A DNA stretch of 64,000 bases from Dehalococcoidia bacterium (GTDB lineage Bacteria; Chloroflexota; Dehalococcoidia; UBA2979), in NCBI GenBank assembly GCA_965198045.1, contig CBDAOL010000007.1:57612-121611 (forward strand). Direction: 5' to 3'. The notes under the pieces are model-generated. The model was not told the DNA's origin and searched no databases. It saw only the letters and a program-made list of their open reading frames with translations. This document shows, one piece after another, positions 19,329 to 27,935 of the stretch; the first letter of the stretch is position 1; each line of letters begins with the position of its first letter. Both the position numbers and the translations under genes were made by a program.

Positions 19329-20705
19329 GTGAGGAGCCGAACCATGACGCTCGATCGCGAAGAGGTCGCCGCGCACAGCTTCCATCGCAACGGTGGCAAG
19401 GTCTGGGCGCGCGGCGAGGGCATCTGGCTCATCGATGCCGACGGCGAGCGCTACATGGACGCCTCGGGCGGTCCGATGGTGGTCAACATCGGTCACGGCC
19501 GCCCGGAGCCCGCGGAGGCGGCAGCGAAACAGCTGCGCGAGGTGGGCTACCTGATGCCCGGTTACGCGAACGAGTCGCGCGTCGAACTTGCGCGACGCAT
19601 CGAGACGCTGGCGCCCGAGGGGCTGGACCGCGTCTGGTTCGGCTCCGGCGGGTCCGAGGCTGTGGAGGCGGCATCGAAGTTCGCGATCCAGGCGCAGCAG
19701 GTGCTGGGCCGCGAGGGCCGCTACAAGGTCCTCGGACGGCGCAACTCCTACCACGGCAACACGATCTACACGCTCTCGATCGGGCACTTCCCCTCGCGGC
19801 GCGAGCCGTTCCTACCGCTGCTGCAGCCGACGGAGCACGTGGCGGACTGCAACTGCTACCACTGCCCGTTCGACCAGACTTACCCCGACTGCGGCCTCGC
19901 CTGCGCGGACGACCTCGAGACGCGCATCCTCGCCGAGGGCCCGGAGACCGTCGCGGCGTTCATCGCCGAGCCGATCGTGGCCGCGGCCGCGGGCGTGGTC
20001 CCTCCGCCGTCGGCGGACTACTTCCGCCGCATCCGCGAGATCTGCACGAAGTACGACGTGCTGCTGATCGTCGACGAGGTGGTGACGGGCTTCGGGCGCA
20101 CGGGGCTGCCCTTCGCGGTGCAGCACTGGGATGTGCGCCCGGACGTGATCGTGTTCGCGAAGGGCGTCGCCTCGGGCTATGCACCGCTGGCGGGGTTCAT
20201 CGCCGCCGACGAGCTGGTGGCCGCGTTCGATGAGCAGAACCTGCCGTTCAACACGCTGTTCACCTACTCGGCCCATCCGGTCTCATGCGCCATCGGCGTC
20301 GCGGTGCAGAAAGTCGTCGAGGACGAGAACCTGATCGCACGCACGGCCGAGCTCGGCGAGTACCTCGCGACACGCCTCGAAGGGCTGCGCGAGGTGCCGA
20401 TCGTCGGCGACATCCGCGGCATGGGCCTGCTGCGCGGCATCGAGGTGGTGGCGAACCAGGAGACGGGCGAGCGCTTCCCCGCCGCGATGGACGTGGCCAA
20501 CGACATCCAACGCGAGCTTTACCGGCGCAACGTGCTGCACTACCAGGGCAACTGGCGCGACGACGAGGGCGCTGGCGCGCAGCTGATCATCGCTCCACCC
20601 TTCGTGATCGAGCGCGACGAGATCGATCTGCTCGTCGACACCCTCGCCGAGGTGCTGACCGACCGCGCCGACGTCTATGCGAAGGAGCGCGCCGCCGTCA
20701 GCTAG
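19329..20705 (+). CDS. Class III PLP-dependent aminotransferase
   Basis: GSEAVEAASKFA, LLIVDEVVTGFGRTG, FAKGVASGY (PLP lysine context). The start may be ATG 19344. Confidence 0.9.
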   Translation: MRSRTMTLDREEVAAHSFHRNGGKVWARGEGIWLIDADGERYMDASGGPMVVNIGHGRPEPAEAAAKQLREVGYLMPGYANESRVELARRIETLAPEGLDRVWFGSGGSEAVEAASKFAIQAQQVLGREGRYKVLGRRNSYHGNTIYTLSIGHFPSRREPFLPLLQPTEHVADCNCYHCPFDQTYPDCGLACADDLETRILAEGPETVAAFIAEPIVAAAAGVVPPPSADYFRRIREICTKYDVLLIVDEVVTGFGRTGLPFAVQHWDVRPDVIVFAKGVASGYAPLAGFIAADELVAAFDEQNLPFNTLFTYSAHPVSCAIGVAVQKVVEDENLIARTAELGEYLATRLEGLREVPIVGDIRGMGLLRGIEVVANQETGERFPAAMDVANDIQRELYRRNVLHYQGNWRDDEGAGAQLIIAPPFVIERDEIDLLVDTLAEVLTDRADVYAKERAAVS

Positions 20706-20719
20706 CGCGGCGGAGAGCG

Positions 20720-21589
20720 ATGGCACACACCCTCGAACGGATCGACAGCGCCTCGGCGTTCCTCGCAGCCGCGGGATCGTGGTTGTCAGCGCGCGAGGTC
20801 GAGCATGCGTTGATGCTCGGGATCGCCGGCACCGTCGCAGGCGGCCGCGCCTACGGTGAAGAGGCGCCCTGGTTCGCCCTCGTGCGTGACGGCGACGCCA
20901 TCGTGGCCGCATCGCTGCGGACGCCGCCGCAGAACGTGATCGTCGCGCTCGCCGACGCCGATGGAGCGATCGAGCTGATCGCGCGCGACGTCCTCGAAGC
21001 ATCGCGCACGCCGGGCGTGCTCGGCCCCGCCGCCGAGGCGGCTCGGTTCGTCGAGGTGTGGCGCGAACTGACCGGCGAGAGCGCCCGCCTGAACGTGGCG
21101 CAGCGCCTCTACCGGCTGACCTCGGTCGTCCCGCCGGCGGCCGTCGAGGGTTCGCTGCGACCGATCGAGGAGCGCGACCGTGCGGTCGTGGTGCGGTGGC
21201 TCGAGGAGTTCGACCGGGAGGCGCAGGGCAACGACGAGCCGCCAGACATGAACCCGGGGTTTGACCTCCGCCTCGAGGGTCCGCCGGACGTCACCGGGAT
21301 GTTGGTGTGGGAGGTCGCAGGACGCCTCGTCTCGGTCACGGGGTACGGCGGTCGTACCGCCGGCGGGATGCGCGTGGGGCCAGTGTACACGCCGCCCGAG
21401 GACCGCGGGCACGGCTGGGCGAGCGCGCTGGTGGCGGAGGGGACGCAGTGGCTCCTCGACGAAGGTCGCGAGTGGGTGTGCCTGTACACGGACCTGTCGA
21501 ACCCGACATCGAACAGGATCTACCAGGCGATCGGGTATGAGCCTGTGTTGGACTTCGACCAGTACGAGTTCGTCGCCGACCGGGGCTGA
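20720..21589 (+). CDS. GNAT family N-acetyltransferase
   Basis: The C-terminal VGPVYTPPEDRGHGWASALVAEG...NPTSNRIYQAIGY is an acetyl-CoA-binding motif. Only the last 289 codons of ORF 20285..21589 look genuine. Confidence 0.7.
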   Translation: MAHTLERIDSASAFLAAAGSWLSAREVEHALMLGIAGTVAGGRAYGEEAPWFALVRDGDAIVAASLRTPPQNVIVALADADGAIELIARDVLEASRTPGVLGPAAEAARFVEVWRELTGESARLNVAQRLYRLTSVVPPAAVEGSLRPIEERDRAVVVRWLEEFDREAQGNDEPPDMNPGFDLRLEGPPDVTGMLVWEVAGRLVSVTGYGGRTAGGMRVGPVYTPPEDRGHGWASALVAEGTQWLLDEGREWVCLYTDLSNPTSNRIYQAIGYEPVLDFDQYEFVADRG

Positions 21590-21592
21590 GCG

Positions 21593-21880
21593 TTACGCGG
21601 CCATCGGATCGTTGGCGGGCGGCGGAGCCTCGAACATGCCGACGAACGGGACAGTCAGGCCCTGGCTGGCCCAGCCACCACTGATGATCCTTCGCACCAT
21701 GACTCCGTACTCGCCGGTGGCGGTGCGCAGGGTGTAGCGCCCCGGTGTCAGGGCACGGCACGGCCCGTCCAGGCGCACGAAGCCGCGCCACCCTAGGAAG
21801 CCGATGCGCGAACCGGGGATGATCTCAACCACGCCGCGCGCGCGCACGTTCTCTGTCTCGTCGAGGATTTCAGCACGCAT
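21593..21880 (-). CDS. Hypothetical protein (95 aa)
   Basis: ATG ORF convergent with the GNAT gene. No motif recognised. Confidence 0.4.
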   Translation of the reverse strand: MRAEILDETENVRARGVVEIIPGSRIGFLGWRGFVRLDGPCRALTPGRYTLRTATGEYGVMVRRIISGGWASQGLTVPFVGMFEAPPPANDPMAA

Positions 21881-22157
21881 CTTGACCTGACCCTCCTCGG
21901 ACCGTGGCGGTCAGGACGGGGTGGAAGGACTGCTTGTTGGGTAGAACGACGCGGCGTCGGTTTCGTTCGCCGGCGGCGGCGTGACCAGCCGCAGATGCGC
22001 CACCATACGCAGGCCCCCCGCCGCGACAACCCTCGCCCACTCGCGCGATCGAGGCAGTGCGCGATGGGATCAGGCTAAGACCGCCTCGGGCGGCTCGAAT
22101 CGGCCAGAACCACTAGGGGAAGACCCTCGGTACGGTCGCCAGGCCGTGATGCTGACG

Positions 22158-22709
22158 CTAGGTCGCCGGGATGCCCTCGACGAGCGTCTGCACGATGGCC
22201 GCTGCCAGATCGTCGGGGCGGAACCCCATCGGTCCGGGCTCGCCCTTGAAGGCGATGCGGCCATCGCCGTCGACCAGGAAGAGACGATCGGGCACGGCGC
22301 CGTACGCACGGTTGGTGGCATCGTCCATCTCGTCGATCAGCATTGGAATCGTGACGTCGAGGCCCAGCGAACAGGCCTGAGCGACCGCCTCGCGTTCCTC
22401 GAACGTACCCGGCTGCTCGAAGACGACGTCCTGCTCCTCGTTGACGTCGAGCTGCCACTCGTCGGAGGGATGCGCCTCCTGGATGTAGACGACGTAGAAG
22501 TCGACACGGTCGCGGTACTGCTGGTAGAGCTCCTCCAGGCGCCCGGCCTGGAACCTGAACGGCGGTCAGGTGTAGCTGCCGAAGATCAGCCCGACGGGCC
22601 GCCCCTTCGAGTCGGAGAGCTTGACGCGCTCCTCGTTCTCGAGCCGGCGCAGGTCGAAGTCGTACGCCGCCTCGCCGACCTCGGGCGCGCCGTTCTGGAT
22701 CTCGCGCAT
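22158..22709 (-). CDS. Iodothyronine-deiodinase-fold thioredoxin-like protein with in-frame UGA (candidate selenocysteine) at the catalytic position
   Basis: Manual translation from ATG 22709 gives MREIQNG...GLIFGSYT-TGA-PPFRFQ...FYVVYIQEAHPSDEW...YGAVPDRLFLVDGDGRIAFKGEPGPMGF. This parallels the deiodinase motifs FGSCTUPSF, YIEEAHASDGW and LPERLYII..G.I.YKG..GP. The TGA is at 22566-22568 and there is no other stop until 22158. Confidence 0.7.
22533..22568 (-). promoter_or_regulatory. UGA codon plus candidate bacterial SECIS hairpin
   Basis: UGA, then a 12-nt spacer, then UUCCAGGC-CGGGC-GCCUGGAG (8-bp stem including one GU pair, G-rich 5-nt loop). Confidence 0.5.
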
Positions 22710-22723
22710 GAGCCCGACGTGCT

Positions 22724-23673
22724 GGCAGTGTCAGATCTCAGGGCGCGTCGACCCTTAGGCGCCACAAGGCGACGTCGCTGGTGGTCTATGCTACAGCCAG
22801 TTCGCTGATCAGCGAGTGCCAGCGTGTGAGGAAGAGCCGTCGCTGCTCTGTCAACGCGACATGGGCGCCACCGCGGCGGCGGACGCGGAAGTACTGTCGC
22901 AGCTCATCGAACGCGCTACAGAAGCGCGACGCGGACTCGAAGCTCCCGAAGCCCTGCATCGGGTAGTAGCGCTGCTTCACCGCTCGGTGACTCTGCTCGG
23001 TGTAGTTGTTGAGGTACTGCGTCGTGCGATGCCAAGCCTTGCGGCCGATGATCCAGCGGATCGCCCGTCGGTAAGCGGGGTGCAGGTCGGTCGTGATCCG
23101 TGCGGGCTTGCGTTCGGTGATCTCGACCAGTCTCCGCAAGAACCTCCGCGCGGCATGCTTGTCTCGACGCTCGCTCAGCATCGAATCGATCAGTTCTCCG
23201 TCGCCGTCGATCGCTCGGTAGAGGTAGCACCAGCGCCCAGCGACCTTCACGTACGTCTCGTCGAGGTACCAGGACTCGCCGGCTCGGGCTCGTCGCTTGG
23301 CGCGGAGTTGGTCGGCGAGCAGTGGGGCGAATCGAAACTCCCACTCCCGGATGGTCTCATGCGTGACCTCAACGCCGCGCTGAAGGAGCATTTCTGCCAC
23401 GTCGCGGAAACTCAGCTTGTAGCGCAGACGCCACAGCACCGCGAGGAGCACCACGTCGGTCGGGACCTGAAGATCGTTGAACGGCGTGCCGGTTCGCTCG
23501 TTGAAGCGACGCTTGCACGAGCGGCAGTTGAACCGCCGGTAGCCGAGCGTCGTGCGCGCCTGGCGTCTGGTCGTGGCGGCGGATGCACAGTGCGGACAGT
23601 TCACCGATGTCTCCTCGTCCATGCTCAGACGAGGCTAAACCTCACAGTTCGAGCCCTCAGATCTGACGCAGCC
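22724..23673 (-). mobile_element. IS6-family insertion sequence, copy A (950 bp)
   Basis: Ends are GGCAGTGTCAGATCTCAGGGC and GGCTGCGTCAGATCTGAGGGC, matching 18 of 21 as inverted repeats. Near-identical copies lie at 27936-28886 and 30452-31401. The flanking 8-mers GACGTGCT and ACGACTTA do not match. Confidence 0.9.
22786..23622 (-). CDS. IS6-family transposase (278 aa, N-terminal zinc finger)
   Basis: CPHC...CRSCKRRFNERTGTPFN, then WYLDETYVKVAGRWCYLYRAIDGDGELID...TTDLHPAY...LNNYTEQSHRAVKQR (DDE). Confidence 0.9.
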   Translation of the reverse strand: MDEETSVNCPHCASAATTRRQARTTLGYRRFNCRSCKRRFNERTGTPFNDLQVPTDVVLLAVLWRLRYKLSFRDVAEMLLQRGVEVTHETIREWEFRFAPLLADQLRAKRRARAGESWYLDETYVKVAGRWCYLYRAIDGDGELIDSMLSERRDKHAARRFLRRLVEITERKPARITTDLHPAYRRAIRWIIGRKAWHRTTQYLNNYTEQSHRAVKQRYYPMQGFGSFESASRFCSAFDELRQYFRVRRRGGAHVALTEQRRLFLTRWHSLISELAVA

Positions 23674-23832
23674 ACGACTTACCACCCGCACTGGGCGGAT
23701 GCTTCGCCTCGCTCGTGTACCCCAGGTCCTCGCGGCGCATCCGCCCAGTGCTGACGGCAGTTTCTGACGATGCGAAGCGGCTGGGCGCGGTTGCCAGTTC
23801 GCGTGCACCCGTGGGACGGCAAAACTTGATCC

Positions 23833-24616
23833 GTGCGGTTCGATGCTGAGATAGCAGAGTATCGGCGAGCCACGAGAGGCTCGTCTGTGCTCTACCTCCG
23901 TCTGCTTGTCGCAGCACTCTTCGCATCGGTCCGCGCCCGCCGAGATCTCGTCCTCAAGAACTTGGCGCTGCGGCATCAGCTCGCCGTCTACACAAGGGGC
24001 CGTCGTCGACCGCGGCTCCGTCGCCACGACCGCCGACTCTGGTCACTGCTGGCACGTGGTTGGTCCGGCTGGCGAGGCACGCTCGTGATGGTCGAGCCGG
24101 ACACGGTGGTGCGCTGGCATCGTTCTGCTTGGCGCGCCTACTGGCGCTGGAAGAGTCGTCGCCGCTCCGGACGACCCCGGATTCCCGCAGAGCTGCGACA
24201 GCTGATCGTCCGCATCGCCACTGAGCATCCGCGGTGGGGCGCCGTCCGCATCGTCGGCGAGCTGCGTGCCCTTGGCTTCGAGGTCAGCGCCCGCACCGTG
24301 AGTCGCTACCGCCCGCAAGCGCTGCGGCGCCCCCCGAGCCAGTCGTGGCGCACGTTTCTCCGCAACCACGCGTCCAGCATCTGGGCCGCCGATCTGTTCA
24401 CGGTCCAGACGCTCGCCTTCCGCACGGGTCAACGAACAACATCTCCGGCGGGTGCTTGGTGAGTACGTCCAGCACTACAACGCGATGCGGCCGCATCGAT
24501 CATTGTCGCTCGACTCTCCGGAGGGACGCTCGCCGGTGCAGCGGACGCCGAGTCAGCGAGTCGTCAGCAAGCCGGTGCTAGGAGGCTTGCATCATGAGTA
24601 TCGGTGGGCCGCATGA
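23833..24616 (+). pseudogene. rve (integrase-core) type transposase with the catalytic core deleted
   Basis: The N-terminal part ...LVLKNLALRHQL...GRPRIPAELRQLIVRIATEHPRWGAVRIVGEL...FTVQTLAF ends near 24425. The C-terminal tail NEQHLRRVLGEYVQHYNAMRPHRSL...GGLHHEYRWAA resumes at about 24440 in another frame. The DDE core between them is absent. Confidence 0.7.
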
Positions 24617-25884
24617 GGTTTTGCCGACTTGTTTGAATCCGGCCAGACACCGGGGGTTGCGGCCCTAAGGTGTTGAGGACGCTGGTCGGCTGACTCCAAG
24701 TTTTGCTGCCGTGCTGCTGAGCAGGACTGGCTCTGGGGCGGAGTGTCGCCGGCCACCGTCCGGCCGCGGTGTGACTCGACAGAGGCGTGCGGGTGCTCCC
24801 GAAGTCGGCCTGTCCACCGCCCTCCCCACCGCAATTCAGCTACGACAGGGAGAGCTTCATGATCTTGATCGCCGTCGACCCCCACAAGTCCTCGCATACC
24901 GCCCTCGCCGTCGACCCCGCGGGCCGCGAGCTCGGCCAGCTCCGGGTGGAAGCTCGTGCGCACAGCCGGCTGCTGCGCTGGGCGCGGCAGTGGCCCGAGC
25001 GCCGCTGGGCCGTGGAGGGGGCCCGCGGTCTCGGCCACGGCCTCAGCCAGTGGCTGCTCACGGAGGGCGAGTCGGTCGTCGATGTCCCGGCGCGGCTGGT
25101 GGCGCGCGTGCGCTTGCTCTCCGGTGGCGGGAAGTCCGACCCCGCAGACGCGCGTGCCATTGCGCTCGCCGCCCAACCCCTCACGGCGCTGCGTGCCGTG
25201 CGGGCGGAGGACGACACGGCGGTGCTGCGACTGCTCTCCGACCGCCGCGACGAGCTCACGCAGGAACGCACGCGCGTGGTCAACCGGCTGCACCGGCTGC
25301 TGCGCGAGCTACGACCGGGTGGGGGCCCCTCCAGGCTCTCCGCCGATCGCGCGCAGGCGCTCCTACGCCGCCTGCGTCCGACCGGCGCCGCGGATCGCGA
25401 GCGGCTGCGTATGGCCCGCGAACTGGTACGCGAGGTGCGGGTGCTGGACCGCAACCTCGTCGAGAACGGCCGCCGCCTCGAGGCAGCGCTGCGTGTACAA
25501 GGCAGCGCCCTCACGCGCATCCCCGGCGTCGGCGTGATCCTGGCGGCGAAGATTGTGGGGCGCAGCGGAGCGGTCAGTCGCTTCCCCTCGCGCGCGCACT
25601 ACGCCAGCTACACGGGGACGGCGCCGCTTGAGGTGTCGAGCGGGGAGGTCCAACGCCATCGCCTCAGCCGCGGTGGAGACCGCCAGCTGAACCGGGCGCT
25701 CCACATCGCGGCGCTCACCCAGGCGCGCATGCCGGGCACCGAAGGCCACGGCTACTTCCGTCGCAAACTCGCCGCTGGCAAGAGTCGGAACGAGGCGCTG
25801 CGCTGCCTCAAACGCCGACTCTCGGACGTCGTTTACCGATGCATGGTGGCCGATGCTCGCACCTGCGCTACCGAGGCCGCTTGA
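24617..25884 (+). mobile_element. IS110-family element 1 (boundaries not determinable from a single copy)
   Basis: An intact IS110-type transposase gene is preceded by about 240 nt of non-coding sequence. No terminal repeats are expected for this family. Confidence 0.5.
24859..25884 (+). CDS. IS110-family DEDD transposase/recombinase (341 aa)
   Basis: GGGAGA-N5-ATG; MILIAVDPHKSSH..., AVEGARGLG, KSDPADA, then C-terminal IPGVGVILAAKIVG...SSGEVQRHRLSRGGDRQLNRALH. Confidence 0.9.
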   Translation: MILIAVDPHKSSHTALAVDPAGRELGQLRVEARAHSRLLRWARQWPERRWAVEGARGLGHGLSQWLLTEGESVVDVPARLVARVRLLSGGGKSDPADARAIALAAQPLTALRAVRAEDDTAVLRLLSDRRDELTQERTRVVNRLHRLLRELRPGGGPSRLSADRAQALLRRLRPTGAADRERLRMARELVREVRVLDRNLVENGRRLEAALRVQGSALTRIPGVGVILAAKIVGRSGAVSRFPSRAHYASYTGTAPLEVSSGEVQRHRLSRGGDRQLNRALHIAALTQARMPGTEGHGYFRRKLAAGKSRNEALRCLKRRLSDVVYRCMVADARTCATEAA

Positions 25885-26187
25885 CACAGAGGCTCCGTCC
25901 CACGGCGCTGATTGACGACTGAAAGTCCCACAGTTGCTGACTTCAATCCTCGACCAGTCGGCCGACACGGTGATCGTCACGGTTCCGGCGCCACCAGCAA
26001 CACGTCGTGAGCGATGGTCGTACACCCTACAGAGGATGCCGGCGTCGGACGTCACGTAGGTGCCGGGCACGACCTCGTCTGGCACGAGGTACGTGCCGTC
26101 ACCGAAAGAGGTGCGAACGCTGGGCGTGTGTGGGCGGAAAGTCAGGGGCGAACTCAGCGCCGCTCGGCCGGGGCTCGAACCGCTCGC

Positions 26188-26769
26188 TCAGACCACGATC
26201 GCGAAGGCGATGCTGAGGACGAGGACCTGGGCGATCGAGCCGAGCACCGCCGTACCGATGGCGCGCCAGGTCGAGAAGTCGAGGGCGGCCCGAATCGCGA
26301 TGACCGTCGTAACGAGCACCCAGATGCCCACGAAGAGCCCGATGATCGGACCGATCACCGGGACGAAACCGACGATCAGGAGCGCCCTCGGTGAGTTGGC
26401 GTAGCCGAGCGTGCGCGCCAGCTCGCTCCAGCTCGCACTGGTCTCCGGCCCGGCGAGGATGCGGGTGCCGATGAAGTAGGTCAGCCACGCATAGACGGCC
26501 CAGGCGATGAGGGCGAGCACCGCGAACACGGGGATCCAGACGATCCCCGCGCTCAGACCGCCGATGCCCGCGGCAATGCTCGTGCCGACCACGACGATCG
26601 CAGCCTGTCCCGTTGCGTCGGGGTCGTGCTCGACCTCCTCGTAGAGGTCGTTGTCCAGCTTCGCGGCCCGGATCATGCGATCGATGATCGAGCTACTGGC
26701 CATCGATGTGTCCACGTCATCCTCCACGCTACCGTCGCCGCTTCCCCAACCCAGGAGCATCATAGCCAC
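26188..26769 (-). CDS. Yip1-family integral membrane protein
   Basis: IIDRMIRAAKLDNDLYEEVEHDPDATGQA followed by five hydrophobic segments, which is the typical Yip1-domain layout. Confidence 0.7.
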   Translation of the reverse strand: MAMMLLGWGSGDGSVEDDVDTSMASSSIIDRMIRAAKLDNDLYEEVEHDPDATGQAAIVVVGTSIAAGIGGLSAGIVWIPVFAVLALIAWAVYAWLTYFIGTRILAGPETSASWSELARTLGYANSPRALLIVGFVPVIGPIIGLFVGIWVLVTTVIAIRAALDFSTWRAIGTAVLGSIAQVLVLSIAFAIVV

Positions 26770-26853
26770 GGATGTTGCGGGCGCGCTCGGTTAGGGTGCG
26801 CTGAACGCGTGCTCGCGCCTCGACGGTGCGAGCGTTCGGAGGACGGTGCGCGC

Positions 26854-27180
26854 ATGAAGCTCTGCATGGTCGTGGTACCCGAGGCACACGAGAAGCAGCT
26901 CCTGGAGAGCATGCGCGTCGCCGGATTCCGGTTCACCCAGATCGAGGCGCGTGGGGGCTATCGCGGACAGCGCGTCGCCACGGTGATCACCGCCGTCGAG
27001 GACCGCGAGGTGCCGGGGCTGCACACGCTGTTGCATCGCGACTTCCCGGAGATCACGATGCCGATGCCGAAAGCCTGGGCCGGCATCGGCATCGACGAGG
27101 GCGGCGACGAGATGATGGACGTGCGCGTCCACGGCGCCGTGATGTTCGTGATGCCGCTGGACGAGCTGTTCCGCAGCTGA
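26854..27180 (+). CDS. DUF970 / DarA(PstA)-like PII-fold cyclic-di-AMP receptor protein
   Basis: MKLCMVVVPEAHEKQLLESMRVAGFRFTQIEARGGY...AVEDREV...VHGAVMFVMPLDELF parallels the B. subtilis DarA pattern MKL..VV....LL....FR.T.....GG....VED..V....GA.VFV.P.DE. Confidence 0.6.
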   Translation: MKLCMVVVPEAHEKQLLESMRVAGFRFTQIEARGGYRGQRVATVITAVEDREVPGLHTLLHRDFPEITMPMPKAWAGIGIDEGGDEMMDVRVHGAVMFVMPLDELFRS

Positions 27181-27192
27181 CGCCGAGTCCGC

Positions 27193-27935
27193 TCAGGCGG
27201 TGCGGACGAGCTTGTTGAGCGACTTCAGCTCCCGCGGCGGATCGAGGCGGCTGCCGGCGTTGGTGTACGAGACCTCGCCGACGTAGACATCGCCGCGCGA
27301 GTCGACGGCCACGCTGTGCGGTGCGATGAACTGGCCGGCGTCACTGCCCTCCTCGACGGCGCCGAACCGCCCGAGGAGCGTGCCGGAGCGGTCGTACACG
27401 CTCACGCGGTGGCCGATCCCGAGCGCGCCATCCATCAGCGCCACGCCGTTGAGCTCGCCGATGTAGACGAGACCGTCCTGCCCGACGGTGAGTCCGCACG
27501 GCCGGTGGACATCGTGCCAGACGTCGAGAAGCGTGCCCTCGCCGTCGAACACCTGGACGCGGAGTGCCTCGCGGTCGGCGACGTAGAGGCGGTCGTCGGC
27601 GTCGATGCTGATGTTGTGCGGGCACATGAACTGCCCTCGGTCGATGCCGGGCGAGCCCCAGGAGTGCAGCAACTCGCCCTCGGCCGAGTAGTGGTGCACG
27701 CGCGCGTTGCCGTAACCGTCGCTGATGTACAGGCTGCCGTCCGAGGCGACGGCAACGTCGGTCGGGCGGTTGAACGGCTCACCGCTGAACTTCTCGGCGG
27801 GCTCATCGGGGCGACCAATCGTCAGCAGCAGCTCACCCTCGGGCGTCCACTTCGTCACGGTGTGGCGGCCGTCGTCGACGCAGAACACGGAGCCATCGGG
27901 CGCGATGGTGATCGCGTGCGTGCGTGCGCTAAAGG
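27193..27935 (-). pseudogene. NHL-repeat beta-propeller protein, 5' end removed by IS6 copy B
   Basis: Repeated ...DGSLYISDGYGNARV..., ...DDRLYVADRE..., ...DGLVYIGE... The open frame runs without a start codon straight into the IS end at 27936. Confidence 0.7.

Noticed and set aside
25885-26187. Minus-strand coding fragment (...FGDGTYLVPDEVVPGTYVTSDAG...) at the start of ORF 25363-26085.
   Set aside because: It may be the remnant of a small secreted protein cut by the IS110 element. It has no clear start or end and most of the listed ORF is antisense to the transposase, so it is too uncertain to call.
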